Source of the DNA: Candidatus Parvarchaeota archaeon
GTDB taxonomy: Archaea > Nanobdellota > Nanobdellia > JAFCGN01
DNA: 64,000 bases
Direction of reading: 5' to 3'
Assembly: GCA_017609105.1 (NCBI GenBank)
Contig: JAFCEQ010000001.1
Coordinates: 47,407 to 111,406 of the forward strand
In this document: one piece after another, positions 37,029 to 46,035 of the stretch
Layout: every line of letters begins with the position of its first letter
How positions within the stretch are numbered: the stretch's first letter is position 1
Notes under the pieces: model-generated
Told to the model about the DNA's origin: nothing
Databases searched by the model: none
The model's input: the letters and a program-made list of their open reading frames with translations, nothing else
Program-made: the position numbers and the translations under genes

Positions 37029-37565
37029 ATGGAAAGAGTTTGTGTATTTATTGATGGAAGCAATTTCTATTATGGATTGAAATCTCTTAATCTAAACAAC
37101 AAAAAATTGGATTTTTTTAAATTAGGTGAATTGCTTGCTGGAAAGAAAAGAAAACTTATAAGAGTTTACTACTACAATGCTCCTTTGGATCAAGCAATGA
37201 ATAAGGAAAAGTACAAGGCACAACAACGTTTTTTTGAAGAGTTGAAAAAAACAAAAAAAGTAAGTATTATTCTTTGCAGAATGCAAAAAAGGAAAGTAGA
37301 TGGGAGGATTATTTATGCTGTTAAAGAAGATGATATTCGTATTGCTGTAGATATGTTAAGATACGCTTATAACAATGCATACGATACTGCAATCCTTGTT
37401 AGTGGGGATGGAGATTTTGTGCCAGCAGTAACTGCTGTTCAAGAACTTGGAAAATCTGTTGAACACGCTTATTTTAAGATAGGTCATTCTTATCATTTAA
37501 GACAAATATGTGATGATTCCTTCCTGTTAGATAAGAAATTCATAAAAAAATGCTTAAAAGAATAA
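37029..37565 (+). CDS. NYN-domain (LabA/DUF88-like) PIN-fold ribonuclease
   Basis: VCVFIDGSNFYYG...AILVSGDGDFVPAV match the NYN acidic motifs. Confidence 0.65.
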   Translation: MERVCVFIDGSNFYYGLKSLNLNNKKLDFFKLGELLAGKKRKLIRVYYYNAPLDQAMNKEKYKAQQRFFEELKKTKKVSIILCRMQKRKVDGRIIYAVKEDDIRIAVDMLRYAYNNAYDTAILVSGDGDFVPAVTAVQELGKSVEHAYFKIGHSYHLRQICDDSFLLDKKFIKKCLKE

Positions 37566-37595
37566 GAAAGAACATGAACTGTAAGAGAAAAACAG

Positions 37596-37680
37596 CGCCA
37601 GGGACGAGATTCGAACTCGCGCCCTCAAGAAGAGGACAGGCTCTCCAGGCCTGCGCGTTAGACCACTCCGCCACCCTGGC
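37596..37680 (-). tRNA. tRNA-Ser (anticodon GGA)
   Basis: Reverse complement GCCAGGGTGGCGGAGTGGTCTAACGCGCAGGCCTGGAGAGCCTG + long variable arm + GCGAGTTCGAATCTCGT CCCTGGC-G, with anticodon loop CTGGAGA. Confidence 0.8.
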
Positions 37681-37735
37681 ACAAGTTTAAAAAATATAAG
37701 AATACTTTAAAAGCTTATCTTTCTTTTTTTGCAAG

Positions 37736-38779
37736 TTATTTTTTTGATTTTTTATTCAAAGTGAATTTTAATATAAGAAAACCTGAAAAACAAATTATTG
37801 CAATAATAAAATTAATTATTGTTAAAGCAATAAGCGGTGTTCTCAATAAAGCATTAAAAATCATTGACATTACTGATTGCATTTCCACTGGGATGCTAAG
37901 TTTTAAACTTGAAAAAAACACTTCTTGTATTTTTGGGAAAAGCAGGATAATTGTTAAAGAAAAAACGCCTGAGAATAAAAAAGATGCGAAAAGTTTTTTG
38001 AAAATAGCTTTTGGAAACTCCCTCTTCTCAACAGAAAATAAGAATGCAATGCCAAGCAAAAACAAGATAATAACTGTAACTAATTTAGAGTAAAACCTTG
38101 TTTTATTATTAATTAATTCTAAAGAGATTGTGGAATTAAACGGTGAAATGCCTTGAGTAAGAGTGTTATTCACATTATTCGTGTATAATGAATAAAAAGT
38201 TTGATTAAGACATTGTTCTGGTTTTGAATACATTTTTAGGTCTTGACAATTCAAGCAAGGAACTTCAAAACCAAAAGAATTGTTTTCCTCGCAGAAATCA
38301 GAGAGAAGAGTTAAAAAAGTGTTTATTGAATTTATTCCTTCAATTTTATTCCTATAATTAATTACGCATTCAGAACCATTATTAAATTTTAATAAACTCT
38401 CGCAAGTAAAACAAGGAAGAGATGGCAAGGAATTAGAAGTTATGCCTTTAAAAGGAACACCATATACCTCGCAATCATGATGCATATCATTAAAATTTAT
38501 ACCATTAGATTGATTTAATTGATAGAGTTCAAGCAAAGGAGCAGTTAAGTTTGTTTTATCTAAGAGTAAAGGAATTAAACTATCCCCTGCTTTCATAATG
38601 GTTTCAAACAAGTAATTATAAGAGTAATAGTGATTTAATATAAGCATTATTATAAGTGAGGTTATTAAAATTACAGAAGTGTTTAAGCAAAAACCTGATG
38701 CAATTCTTCTTAAAAATTTTAACATATTAATAATGTATATTGCATAAATATTAAAATGTTTAGGAAGTTTTAACAACAT
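37736..38779 (-). CDS. Hypothetical multi-pass membrane protein with a Cys-containing extracytoplasmic region
   Basis: N-terminal TM, a central Cys-rich region, and C-terminal TM segments. Confidence 0.35.
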   Translation of the reverse strand: MLLKLPKHFNIYAIYIINMLKFLRRIASGFCLNTSVILITSLIIMLILNHYYSYNYLFETIMKAGDSLIPLLLDKTNLTAPLLELYQLNQSNGINFNDMHHDCEVYGVPFKGITSNSLPSLPCFTCESLLKFNNGSECVINYRNKIEGINSINTFLTLLSDFCEENNSFGFEVPCLNCQDLKMYSKPEQCLNQTFYSLYTNNVNNTLTQGISPFNSTISLELINNKTRFYSKLVTVIILFLLGIAFLFSVEKREFPKAIFKKLFASFLFSGVFSLTIILLFPKIQEVFFSSLKLSIPVEMQSVMSMIFNALLRTPLIALTIINFIIAIICFSGFLILKFTLNKKSKK

Positions 38780-38929
38780 TCCTTGTTTTATTAATAATTC
38801 ATAACAATTTTTTAAGCAAGAGAGGAGTTCTTAAAAAAAATCATACTAAGTAATAAAAATAAAATAAAAAATCGAAAGTAATTTAAATAAGATTGTATTA
38901 TAAAAATGTTAAGAGCGCCTAGGAGGGGT

Positions 38930-39148
38930 TCAAGGCGTCTCTTTTTTATTTTTTTTTAAATTTTTTTTAAACCCAATCCAACATGTTTTACAATATTTTG
39001 TGGAATGTTTTAAGGAGAAAGAATTTTTTATTTCATAATAATTTTCTCCTTTTCTAATAATGTTTTGACACTTAAAGCACCTATGAGGTTTTCTTGCTTT
39101 GCGAATGAAAACGAGGTTTCCTCTTTTTGTTTTAAAAACTCTTGGCAT
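38930..39148 (-). CDS. Small basic Zn-ribbon protein
   Basis: 72 aa with CFKCQN...CKTCW (two CxxC pairs). Confidence 0.3.
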   Translation of the reverse strand: MPRVFKTKRGNLVFIRKARKPHRCFKCQNIIRKGENYYEIKNSFSLKHSTKYCKTCWIGFKKNLKKNKKETP

Positions 39149-39202
39149 TAAGGAATTAGTAAGGGATAGTTATTAATAATTGTTTGTGAATAATTTAATT
39201 GT

Positions 39203-39979
39203 ATGATGTTAAGAGTCACGCCTGAATTAAATGAGGTTAAGGATATAGTAAGTGTTGGTGTTAGGAATAAATGGTTAGTAGTATTAGTAGGAGTTTTCGG
39301 AGTGAATTATAAGGGCAGGGCTATTAGTGAATTAAGCTGTGGTGAGCGTTTACTGATTATTAAGCCGGATGGTTGCGTGTTAATTCATAATAGCGAGGGT
39401 GTTAATCCTATTAATTGGATGAGAGAGGGTTCAAGTATTAATGCAAAGCTTGATGAAGAAGTTCTTAACATTAAAGTTCTTAACATTAATCCTAGGGAGG
39501 AGTTAGTATTAAGGATTCAAAAAGTTAGCGTGGTCTTCACTAATGGTTTTAGTAGTGTTGGTGAGTTGCGCGTTATTGGGAGTGAAGCTGATATGGCAAG
39601 AAAGATTTATGAGAATCCCAGTGTTATCTCCAAGAATTTTAAGCCTGTTAGTTTGGAAGAGCAAACCAAGTACGGTTTCATTGATGTTCTTGGGTGTGAA
39701 GGAGAGGATTATGTGGTAGTGGAGTGCAAGCGTTATAGAGCTGGTTTAAGCGGGGTTCAACAATTACGCAGGTATGTTGAGAAGTTTAAGAAAGCGCGCG
39801 GGATTAATAATGTTAAAGGAGTTCTCGCAGCTCCAAGTATTACGAAGAACGCTTTTAAAATGCTTACTGATTGGGGTTTCAGTTATAAGCGTGTTGAACC
39901 TCCGATGCACTTAATTGGTGAGAAAACAGTTCAAGAAAAATTAAGTAAGTTCTTGCATGAGAATGAAACTAAGAATTAA
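39203..39979 (+). CDS. nucS: Endonuclease NucS / EndoMS (mismatch-specific RecB-like nuclease)
   Basis: The C-terminal domain GFIDVLGCEGEDYVVVECKRYRAGLSGVQQLRRYVEKF matches the NucS catalytic D...E.K + QxxxY core, and the size is ~250 aa. The gene is visibly G-rich compared with its neighbours. Confidence 0.65.
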   Translation: MMLRVTPELNEVKDIVSVGVRNKWLVVLVGVFGVNYKGRAISELSCGERLLIIKPDGCVLIHNSEGVNPINWMREGSSINAKLDEEVLNIKVLNINPREELVLRIQKVSVVFTNGFSSVGELRVIGSEADMARKIYENPSVISKNFKPVSLEEQTKYGFIDVLGCEGEDYVVVECKRYRAGLSGVQQLRRYVEKFKKARGINNVKGVLAAPSITKNAFKMLTDWGFSYKRVEPPMHLIGEKTVQEKLSKFLHENETKN

Positions 39980-39990
39980 AAAAAGTTTTT

Positions 39991-41091
39991 TTATTTCTCG
40001 TAAGCATTGATTATCTCAGCATAAGAGTATTCAGGGGTTTTGTAAACAAGTGTTTTCGCCCAAACCTTTAAAATAAATGGTTTATCCTGAACATTGTAAT
40101 TAATATCAAATTCAAAATCCCTCCACTCCTTGAATCCTTTTTCTTTTGAAAAAGAAATTTTTTCTGTCTTATTTGTTAATACACTCCCGTCTTCTCCTAT
40201 TAATTCAATCTTAACACTTGTTATGTTATAAACATCTATGAAACCAATTTTTTCTAATTCAACGTATAAATCTTTTTCTCCTACAAAAGGCAACCACTTT
40301 GGAGCATGAGAAGTTAATCCCCAATTATCTTCATAATGAGCTTCTTGCACTTCTTCTGGAAGGTCCTTGAATAAGGGCATGTCGCAGTAAATCTTGCCTC
40401 GCACTCTTGTTTTATTATTAATTATTTTATATGTTAAGTTCTCAATATTGCAAAGCGTGTTATATTCTGTTTTGTTTTCACTCCACTTAATTGTTTCAGG
40501 CATAGTATTGTTAAAGAATTTTTCAGAAATCTGAAATGTTTTATTACTTCCATTAGCATTAATGAGAATATAGCCTTTGCAAGAAGAAACAATAGAATCA
40601 TCCCTATTCTTAAATTGCAGAACATAAGGAACTCTTGTTGTAAACCAAGAAGAATGATTGCTAAGATTTGTTAAATTAATGTTAATATTTGTTTTAAGTG
40701 TTTTCTTGCCTTTAACAAAATTATCAGAAAGTGAAATGCTAATGCAATTAAAACAAGTATTTGAACTATTTTCTAAAAAAAGTTTTTCAAATCTTTGAAT
40801 CTCATAATCATCAGTTATTATTATTGACTCGTTTGGAATAACTTCAAGGAATTTATCATTGCAATAAACATTATCTGCTTTTACAGGAAGTGAAAAAACG
40901 CTTTTATTCATAATATCTGTGGCATTAATTGTAAGATTAAAATCAGTGCAAACTGGATTAGTTTCTTCAATATCTCTTGCACAACCTAAACCTTCTCTGT
41001 CAAAAACAACCATTCCTGTAGTATTAGTGCACCCAAATAAAAAAGAAACTAAGAAAATGCTAATAAAAAAAATCATTTCTTTTTTAATCAT
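39991..41091 (-). CDS. Secreted or lipoprotein-like hypothetical protein
   Basis: Signal-like N-terminus MIKKEMIFFISIFLVSFLFGCTNTTG, with many N-x-S/T sequons. Confidence 0.4.
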   Translation of the reverse strand: MIKKEMIFFISIFLVSFLFGCTNTTGMVVFDREGLGCARDIEETNPVCTDFNLTINATDIMNKSVFSLPVKADNVYCNDKFLEVIPNESIIITDDYEIQRFEKLFLENSSNTCFNCISISLSDNFVKGKKTLKTNININLTNLSNHSSWFTTRVPYVLQFKNRDDSIVSSCKGYILINANGSNKTFQISEKFFNNTMPETIKWSENKTEYNTLCNIENLTYKIINNKTRVRGKIYCDMPLFKDLPEEVQEAHYEDNWGLTSHAPKWLPFVGEKDLYVELEKIGFIDVYNITSVKIELIGEDGSVLTNKTEKISFSKEKGFKEWRDFEFDINYNVQDKPFILKVWAKTLVYKTPEYSYAEIINAYEK

Positions 41092-41154
41092 GTATCTTTA
41101 AAAAAAATTCACTTTTTAAAAGCTTTTTTAAAATTCTCAGCTTTTTTAAAATTT

Positions 41155-41463
41155 TTAATCAACTATTTGCATTTCAATATTAACATCTTTTGGGATTTGA
41201 ATTTTAATTATTAATCTTAATGCTCTTTCATCAGCTTGTAAATCAATTAATCTTTTATGCACTCTTAATTCCCAAGTTTCATAAGATTCTCTTCCACTCC
41301 CGCAAGGACTTCTTCTTACAGGAACTTTTAATTTTTTTGTCGGAAGTTTTATTGGACCTTTTAATGGAACTCCTGCTCTTTCAGCAATGCTTTTAATTTG
41401 CTCGCATAAAGCATCTAATTTCTTTGGATCCGTACTTAATAATTTAACTCTTGCTTTTGACAT
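41155..41463 (-). CDS. rps10: 30S ribosomal protein uS10
   Basis: [50 protein letters not shown]...HKRLIDL. Confidence 0.9.
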   Translation of the reverse strand: MSKARVKLLSTDPKKLDALCEQIKSIAERAGVPLKGPIKLPTKKLKVPVRRSPCGSGRESYETWELRVHKRLIDLQADERALRLIIKIQIPKDVNIEMQIVD

Positions 41464-41479
41464 AACGAGATATCACAAC

Positions 41480-41510
41480 AGTTTAATTTAAAAAGTTTAT
41501 GCTACTTATA
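41480..41510 (-). promoter_or_regulatory. Candidate rps10 promoter (TATA-like TTTTTAAAT in gene orientation preceded by the conserved AAGTAGCATAAAC motif)
   Basis: A 16-nt motif aaagtttatgctactt on the plus strand is shared with the EF-2 upstream region at 45958-45973. The TATA-like box lies ~30 nt before the ATG, so the mRNA is probably leaderless or has a short leader. Confidence 0.35.
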
Positions 41511-41586
41511 TTTTTATAAGGACAATATAATATAAGTAAGTGAAAAAAACAAAAAAATTAAGTAATTAATGAACATGGGGGAATAA

Positions 41587-42138
41587 ATGAGAGCATTAAA
41601 ACTTTATGTTAATACTTCAAACCTTTTTACTAATAAGGGGATTAAAGTTTCTGAAATAGAAAAGGATTTTCTTTTTTCAAAGGATTATTTGTTTTTTGAG
41701 AATACAAAAAAAATTGATTTTGAAGAATTTAAGGGATTCATTAATCTTATTAAAAGAAATTCTTTTAGTGTTGAAAATTTTTCAGAAGGAGGTAATAAAG
41801 TTTTTGAGATTATGAGAAAAAAAAATTTAACAATGTTAAGTGTTTCAAAAAAAGGGCTTGAAGAATTTCTTGAAATCCTGATTCCTTATAGGAATGTTTT
41901 GTCTTTTGAAAACAAAGAACATTATTTAATAAAAAACAAGGAGTTATATTATATTTATTCAAGTAATAAGAGGAGGAAGTTAAGATTTGAAGAAATGTTT
42001 TTGGATGTTGGGAGTTTTAAATTTGAAAAATCGCGGGTACTGCCTTTGTTTCCAAAATTAAGCAATAAAAATTCTTTGCACGCGACTTATAAAAAGTATT
42101 TTAAGAATAAATTATTAGAAGAAATAATTCTTTGGTAA
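41587..42138 (+). CDS. Hypothetical protein inserted on the opposite strand between tuf and rps10
   Basis: 183-aa ORF with ordinary composition. It is flanked downstream by a hairpin plus T-tract. Confidence 0.35.
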   Translation: MRALKLYVNTSNLFTNKGIKVSEIEKDFLFSKDYLFFENTKKIDFEEFKGFINLIKRNSFSVENFSEGGNKVFEIMRKKNLTMLSVSKKGLEEFLEILIPYRNVLSFENKEHYLIKNKELYYIYSSNKRRKLRFEEMFLDVGSFKFEKSRVLPLFPKLSNKNSLHATYKKYFKNKLLEEIILW

Positions 42139-42181
42139 AACCTTTTCAAAAAATTTTTTTAAAATAATAAAAATAAAGGTT

Positions 42182-42204
42182 AAAGGCGTTTCCGCCTTTT
42201 TTTT
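42182..42204. terminator. Bidirectional hairpin terminator between convergent tuf and the 41587-42138 ORF
   Basis: aaaggcg-tttc-cgccttt followed by a T-run on the plus strand. The reverse complement is likewise followed by a T-rich stretch. Confidence 0.4.
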
Positions 42205-42212
42205 AATTGTTT

Positions 42213-43484
42213 TTACGCTTTTTCTATAATGTCTATGCAAACGCCAGCTCCAATAGTTGAGCCCATGTCCCTGATTGCAAAACTTGATAATTGTGGTATA
42301 TCTGATTTCTTTTCAATAACCATTGCTTTTGTTGGTTCTATTTCAACAATTGCTGCGTCTCCTGTTCTTAAAACATCAGGGTTTTCTTCTAAAACTGCTC
42401 CTGTTTTTGGATCAAGTTTTTGCAATAATTTTGTGAATTTGCATGCAACTTGACTTGTGTGGCAGTGGAATACTGGTGTGTATCCTACTGTTATAACAGT
42501 TGGATGATTAAGCACTATGATTTGTGCTTTGAATTTCTTAGCCACTGTTGGTGGGTTATCCACTGGACCTAAAACATCTCCTCTCTTAATTTGGTCTTTT
42601 CCAACGCCTCTTATATTGAATCCGATATTGTCGCCAGCTTCTGCTTTTTGATATGATTCATGATGCATTTCTATGCTTTTCACTTCTCCAACAACATTGC
42701 CAGGTTGCACAACAACTTTTTGCCCTACTTTCATTTCTCCAGTTTCAATCCTGCCAACAGGAACTGTTCCAATACCTGTTATTGAATAAACATCTTGGAT
42801 TGGAAGTCTTAATGGCAAATTAACTGGTGGTTCAGGCACTTCAAACAAGTTAAGTGCTTCAACAAGTGTTGGTCCATTATACCATTGCATTTTATCGCTT
42901 TTCTTTACTATGTTATCTCCCATTAATGCGCTTACAGGCACGAAATGCATTTTTTCTACATTATACCCTATTCCTCTAAGAAGTTTTGATAATTCTTCTT
43001 TTACTTCATTGTATCTTTTCTCATCATAATTCACAGTATCCATTTTATTGATTGCTACATTAATTTGTTTAACTCCTAAGACCTTACTAAGGTATGCGTG
43101 TTCTTTTGTTTGTGGCATTATACCGTCTTTTGCATCAACAACTAAGATCGCTGCATCAGCTTGGCTTGCTCCTGTGATCATGTTTTTAACAAAATCCCTG
43201 TGTCCTGGAGCGTCAATAACAGTAAAGTAGTACTTGTCTGTTTCAAATTTTCTGTGCGCTAAGTCAATTGTAACTCCTCTTTTTCTTTCTTCTTTTGTTG
43301 CATCAACAGCATAAGCGAACTCCCAAGTTCCCTTTCCATATTCTTCTGCTTCTTTTTTGAATTTTTCAAGATCTTGTTGAGAAAGTGCTCCTGTTTCATA
43401 GAAAACTCTACCAATAAGAGTTGATTTTCCGTGGTCTACATGTCCTATGAAGACCAAGTTCATGTGTGGTTTATCTTTTGCCAT
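42213..43484 (-). CDS. tuf: Translation elongation factor EF-1alpha (aEF1A)
   Basis: [18 protein letters not shown] and NKMD G-motifs, with full-length collinear EF-1A sequence. Confidence 0.95.
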   Translation of the reverse strand: MAKDKPHMNLVFIGHVDHGKSTLIGRVFYETGALSQQDLEKFKKEAEEYGKGTWEFAYAVDATKEERKRGVTIDLAHRKFETDKYYFTVIDAPGHRDFVKNMITGASQADAAILVVDAKDGIMPQTKEHAYLSKVLGVKQINVAINKMDTVNYDEKRYNEVKEELSKLLRGIGYNVEKMHFVPVSALMGDNIVKKSDKMQWYNGPTLVEALNLFEVPEPPVNLPLRLPIQDVYSITGIGTVPVGRIETGEMKVGQKVVVQPGNVVGEVKSIEMHHESYQKAEAGDNIGFNIRGVGKDQIKRGDVLGPVDNPPTVAKKFKAQIIVLNHPTVITVGYTPVFHCHTSQVACKFTKLLQKLDPKTGAVLEENPDVLRTGDAAIVEIEPTKAMVIEKKSDIPQLSSFAIRDMGSTIGAGVCIDIIEKA

Positions 43485-43536
43485 AATTACATCACCTATT
43501 TTATCATGAGTTTGCTTTATTGAATAAAAATCAATT

Positions 43537-43558
43537 CTTTTTTAAAGATTACTAATTA
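43537..43558 (-). promoter_or_regulatory. Candidate tuf promoter element (22-nt identity with the Cas4-like gene upstream region)
   Basis: ttttttaaagattactaattaa on the plus strand. An AGGTGAT SD lies 8 nt before the tuf ATG. Confidence 0.35.
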
Positions 43559-43601
43559 ATTTATTTTTATTATTAATAATCTTTTATTAGTATTGATTTT
43601 T

Positions 43602-45785
43602 TTATTGGTTTATGCCTTTTCGTTGTTTTATTTTCTTTATTGTTTCTTCTTGTAATTCTCTTGGGATTCTCTCGAACTCTGAGTCCTTTAAAGACCAAAC
43701 GCCTCTTCCTTCAGTTTCACTTCTTAAAGCACTTGTAAACCCGAACATTTCTGCGACAGGCACTTTTGCTGTAATAACAACAAGAGATGGTTGTTGTTCC
43801 ATGTCTATTAATTGTCCTCTTCTTGATTGAATGAGTTTGTTCACAGAGCCCATAAAATCTGTTGGAACATCTATTCTTATTGTTTGAATTGGTTCAAGCA
43901 AGGTGTATTCAGTGCTCATAATCGCGCTTTTAATAGCATCTCTAACAGCAGGAATTACTTGTCCCGGTCCTCTGTGTATTGCATCTTCGTGAAGTTTTAC
44001 GTCCACAAGTTTTACTTTAATCCCGCTTACTGGTTCTTTAGCAACAGGACCTGCTTTCATCACGTCTTCAAATCCTTGCATAACCATTTCTATAACTTCT
44101 TTTATGTGAACTTCTCCTTTTGTCATGTCTAAAAGCAAGTTTCCGTTGTAAATATCAACTACTGACCTGCTTTCTTCTTTTGAAAGTCCTGCTTCTTGTA
44201 ATTTTGTCTGTAATTCAGGAAGTTTCTTTTTAATTCTTCTTTCTTGAATATCCCCTTTCATTATTGCTTCATAAACTTCTTTTTCAAGTGGTTCAACAAA
44301 AATGTAGAACTTATTGTGTTTGTTCGGAGATTTTCCTTCCATTGTCTCGCTTTGTTTTTGAACAGTTTCTCTATAAACTACAAGGGGTTCGCTTGTGATA
44401 ATCTTTATACCTCTGTCTCTTTCAATAATATGTTCTTTTATTTCAAGATGTAATTCTCCAAGCCCGCTGATTAAATGCTCGCCTGTTTCCTCATTTATTT
44501 CTACTTTTAATGTTGGGTCTTCTTTTACAAGATCTCTTAAAACCCTTATTAATTTTGGAAGGTCTTTTGGGTTTTTCGCTTCAATTGCTTTTGTTACAAC
44601 TGGTTCAAAAATGTGTTTAATGTCTTCAAATGGTGTTAATTCTTTTTTTGTAGTTAATGTTTCTCCACTGCTTGCGTTCTTAAGTCCAGAAAGTCCTACA
44701 ATGTTTCCTGCTGGAACTTCTTCCATTGAAAATTTATGATCTCCTTTAAAAATGTATATTTGTTGGATTCTTTGATCACTTATAGCTTTAACAAGATGAA
44801 TGTCCATTCCGCTTCTTAAAGTGCCGCTGAAAATCCTGCCAACAACTAATTCTCCTGCTTGAGGGTCTACAATAACTTTTATTGCACAAAAAATAGCAGG
44901 TCCTTTTTCATCACAATTAAGCAATGCTTTTCCTTCAGGACTTTCTAAATCTCCTTGCCAAATTTTTGGAATCCTGTATTTTTGTGCTTCCACAGGATTT
45001 GGGTAATGATGCACTGCCATATCAAGCACTGCTTCATGAAGAGGTGCTTTTTCTTGTAATTTTTTTAATGCTTCTTTTCTTTCCTCTTCTTCTAAAGCAT
45101 ATGCATTATAAACATCTTTAAAGTTTATTCCTTTCTTTTTCATTATAGGAACACTTAAAGCCCATTTATCAATAGCACTGCCAAATGCTACAGTCCCGTT
45201 ATCAACGCGCACTTGCCATTCATTCTTAAATTCTTTTGGTGCAAAGGAATAAATTAACTTGTTTATTTTGCCAATCATTTGAGTTAATCTTTCTTGCATT
45301 TGCTCAGGCGTTAATTTTAATTCATTTATTAACCTGTCAACCTTGTTTATGAATAAAACAGGTTTTACTTTTTCTTTTAATGATTGTCGTAAAACTGTTT
45401 CTGTTTGAGGCATTGCACCTTCAACAGCGCATACAACAACAAGAGAGCCGTCCACTGCTCTCATTGCTCTTGTAACATCTCCTCCAAAATCAACGTGTCC
45501 TGGAGTATCAATTAAGTTAATTAAATATTCCTTGCCATCAACTTCGTGCACCATGTTCGCTGTTGCGCTTTGAATCGTAATCCCTCTTTGCTGTTCTTCA
45601 TCCATTGTGTCAAGAGCTCTTTGTTGTCCTGCAGTCTCATAAGAAAGCATTCCTGCTCCTGCTAAAAGAGAATCAGAAAGAGTTGTTTTTCCATGATCAA
45701 TATGAGCGATTATTCCCATATTCCTTATTCTTTCTTTTAATCCAATCAATCGTTTAACTTTATCAATCATTGTTTCCTTTGCCAT
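43602..45785 (-). CDS. fusA: Translation elongation factor EF-2 (aEF2)
   Basis: AHIDHGKTTLSD, DTPGHVDF, NKVD and the diphthamide-region residues. Confidence 0.95.
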   Translation of the reverse strand: MAKETMIDKVKRLIGLKERIRNMGIIAHIDHGKTTLSDSLLAGAGMLSYETAGQQRALDTMDEEQQRGITIQSATANMVHEVDGKEYLINLIDTPGHVDFGGDVTRAMRAVDGSLVVVCAVEGAMPQTETVLRQSLKEKVKPVLFINKVDRLINELKLTPEQMQERLTQMIGKINKLIYSFAPKEFKNEWQVRVDNGTVAFGSAIDKWALSVPIMKKKGINFKDVYNAYALEEEERKEALKKLQEKAPLHEAVLDMAVHHYPNPVEAQKYRIPKIWQGDLESPEGKALLNCDEKGPAIFCAIKVIVDPQAGELVVGRIFSGTLRSGMDIHLVKAISDQRIQQIYIFKGDHKFSMEEVPAGNIVGLSGLKNASSGETLTTKKELTPFEDIKHIFEPVVTKAIEAKNPKDLPKLIRVLRDLVKEDPTLKVEINEETGEHLISGLGELHLEIKEHIIERDRGIKIITSEPLVVYRETVQKQSETMEGKSPNKHNKFYIFVEPLEKEVYEAIMKGDIQERRIKKKLPELQTKLQEAGLSKEESRSVVDIYNGNLLLDMTKGEVHIKEVIEMVMQGFEDVMKAGPVAKEPVSGIKVKLVDVKLHEDAIHRGPGQVIPAVRDAIKSAIMSTEYTLLEPIQTIRIDVPTDFMGSVNKLIQSRRGQLIDMEQQPSLVVITAKVPVAEMFGFTSALRSETEGRGVWSLKDSEFERIPRELQEETIKKIKQRKGINQ

Positions 45786-45870
45786 AATTTATAACCTCTA
45801 CTTATTTGTTTTTTAAAACAAACTTGAAAAATAATTTATTTTTTTAAAAAGCTTTCGAGAGTTAATTCCC

Positions 45871-45925
45871 AGCAAGGATGAAAGAATTGGATGGGGGATG
45901 ACAAAAAAAGACTTCCATCCTTGCT
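45871..45925 (-). ncRNA. Stem-loop (14-bp inverted repeat, one mismatch) within the ~250-nt EF-2 leader/intergenic region; a possible structured regulatory RNA element
   Basis: agcaaggatgaaag ...27-nt loop... cttccatccttgct. A GAGGT SD-like motif lies 9 nt before the EF-2 ATG. Confidence 0.3.
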
Positions 45926-45944
45926 AAGAATGATTTTAATCACA

Positions 45945-45975
45945 AAAGAAGTATTTAAAGTTTATGCTACTTTTT
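45945..45975 (-). promoter_or_regulatory. Candidate promoter upstream of EF-2 carrying the conserved motif shared with rps10
   Basis: aaagtttatgctactt (45958-45973) is identical to 41492-41507. In gene orientation it is AAGTAGCATAAACTTTAAATAC (TATA-like). Confidence 0.3.
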
Positions 45976-46035
45976 TAACATGTTTAAAATTTTTTTCCTC
46001 TTAACTTCCCTAGTTTTTAGTTATTAAATTTTTTT

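Noticed and set aside
38912-38940. Hairpin cgcct-aggaggggttca-aggcg as a terminator
   Set aside because: It overlaps the stop codon of the 38930-39148 ORF and lies upstream of nucS. The role is ambiguous (possibly the SD region of nucS), so it was not called.
44244-44739. Plus-strand ORFs within fusA and tuf (e.g. 44395-44739, 43827-44132, 42229-42453)
   Set aside because: They are antisense to high-confidence elongation factor genes.
45868-45930. GC-rich inverted repeat considered as a tRNA or CRISPR repeat
   Set aside because: It has no T-loop or cloverleaf and occurs as a single copy, so it was reported as a leader stem-loop.
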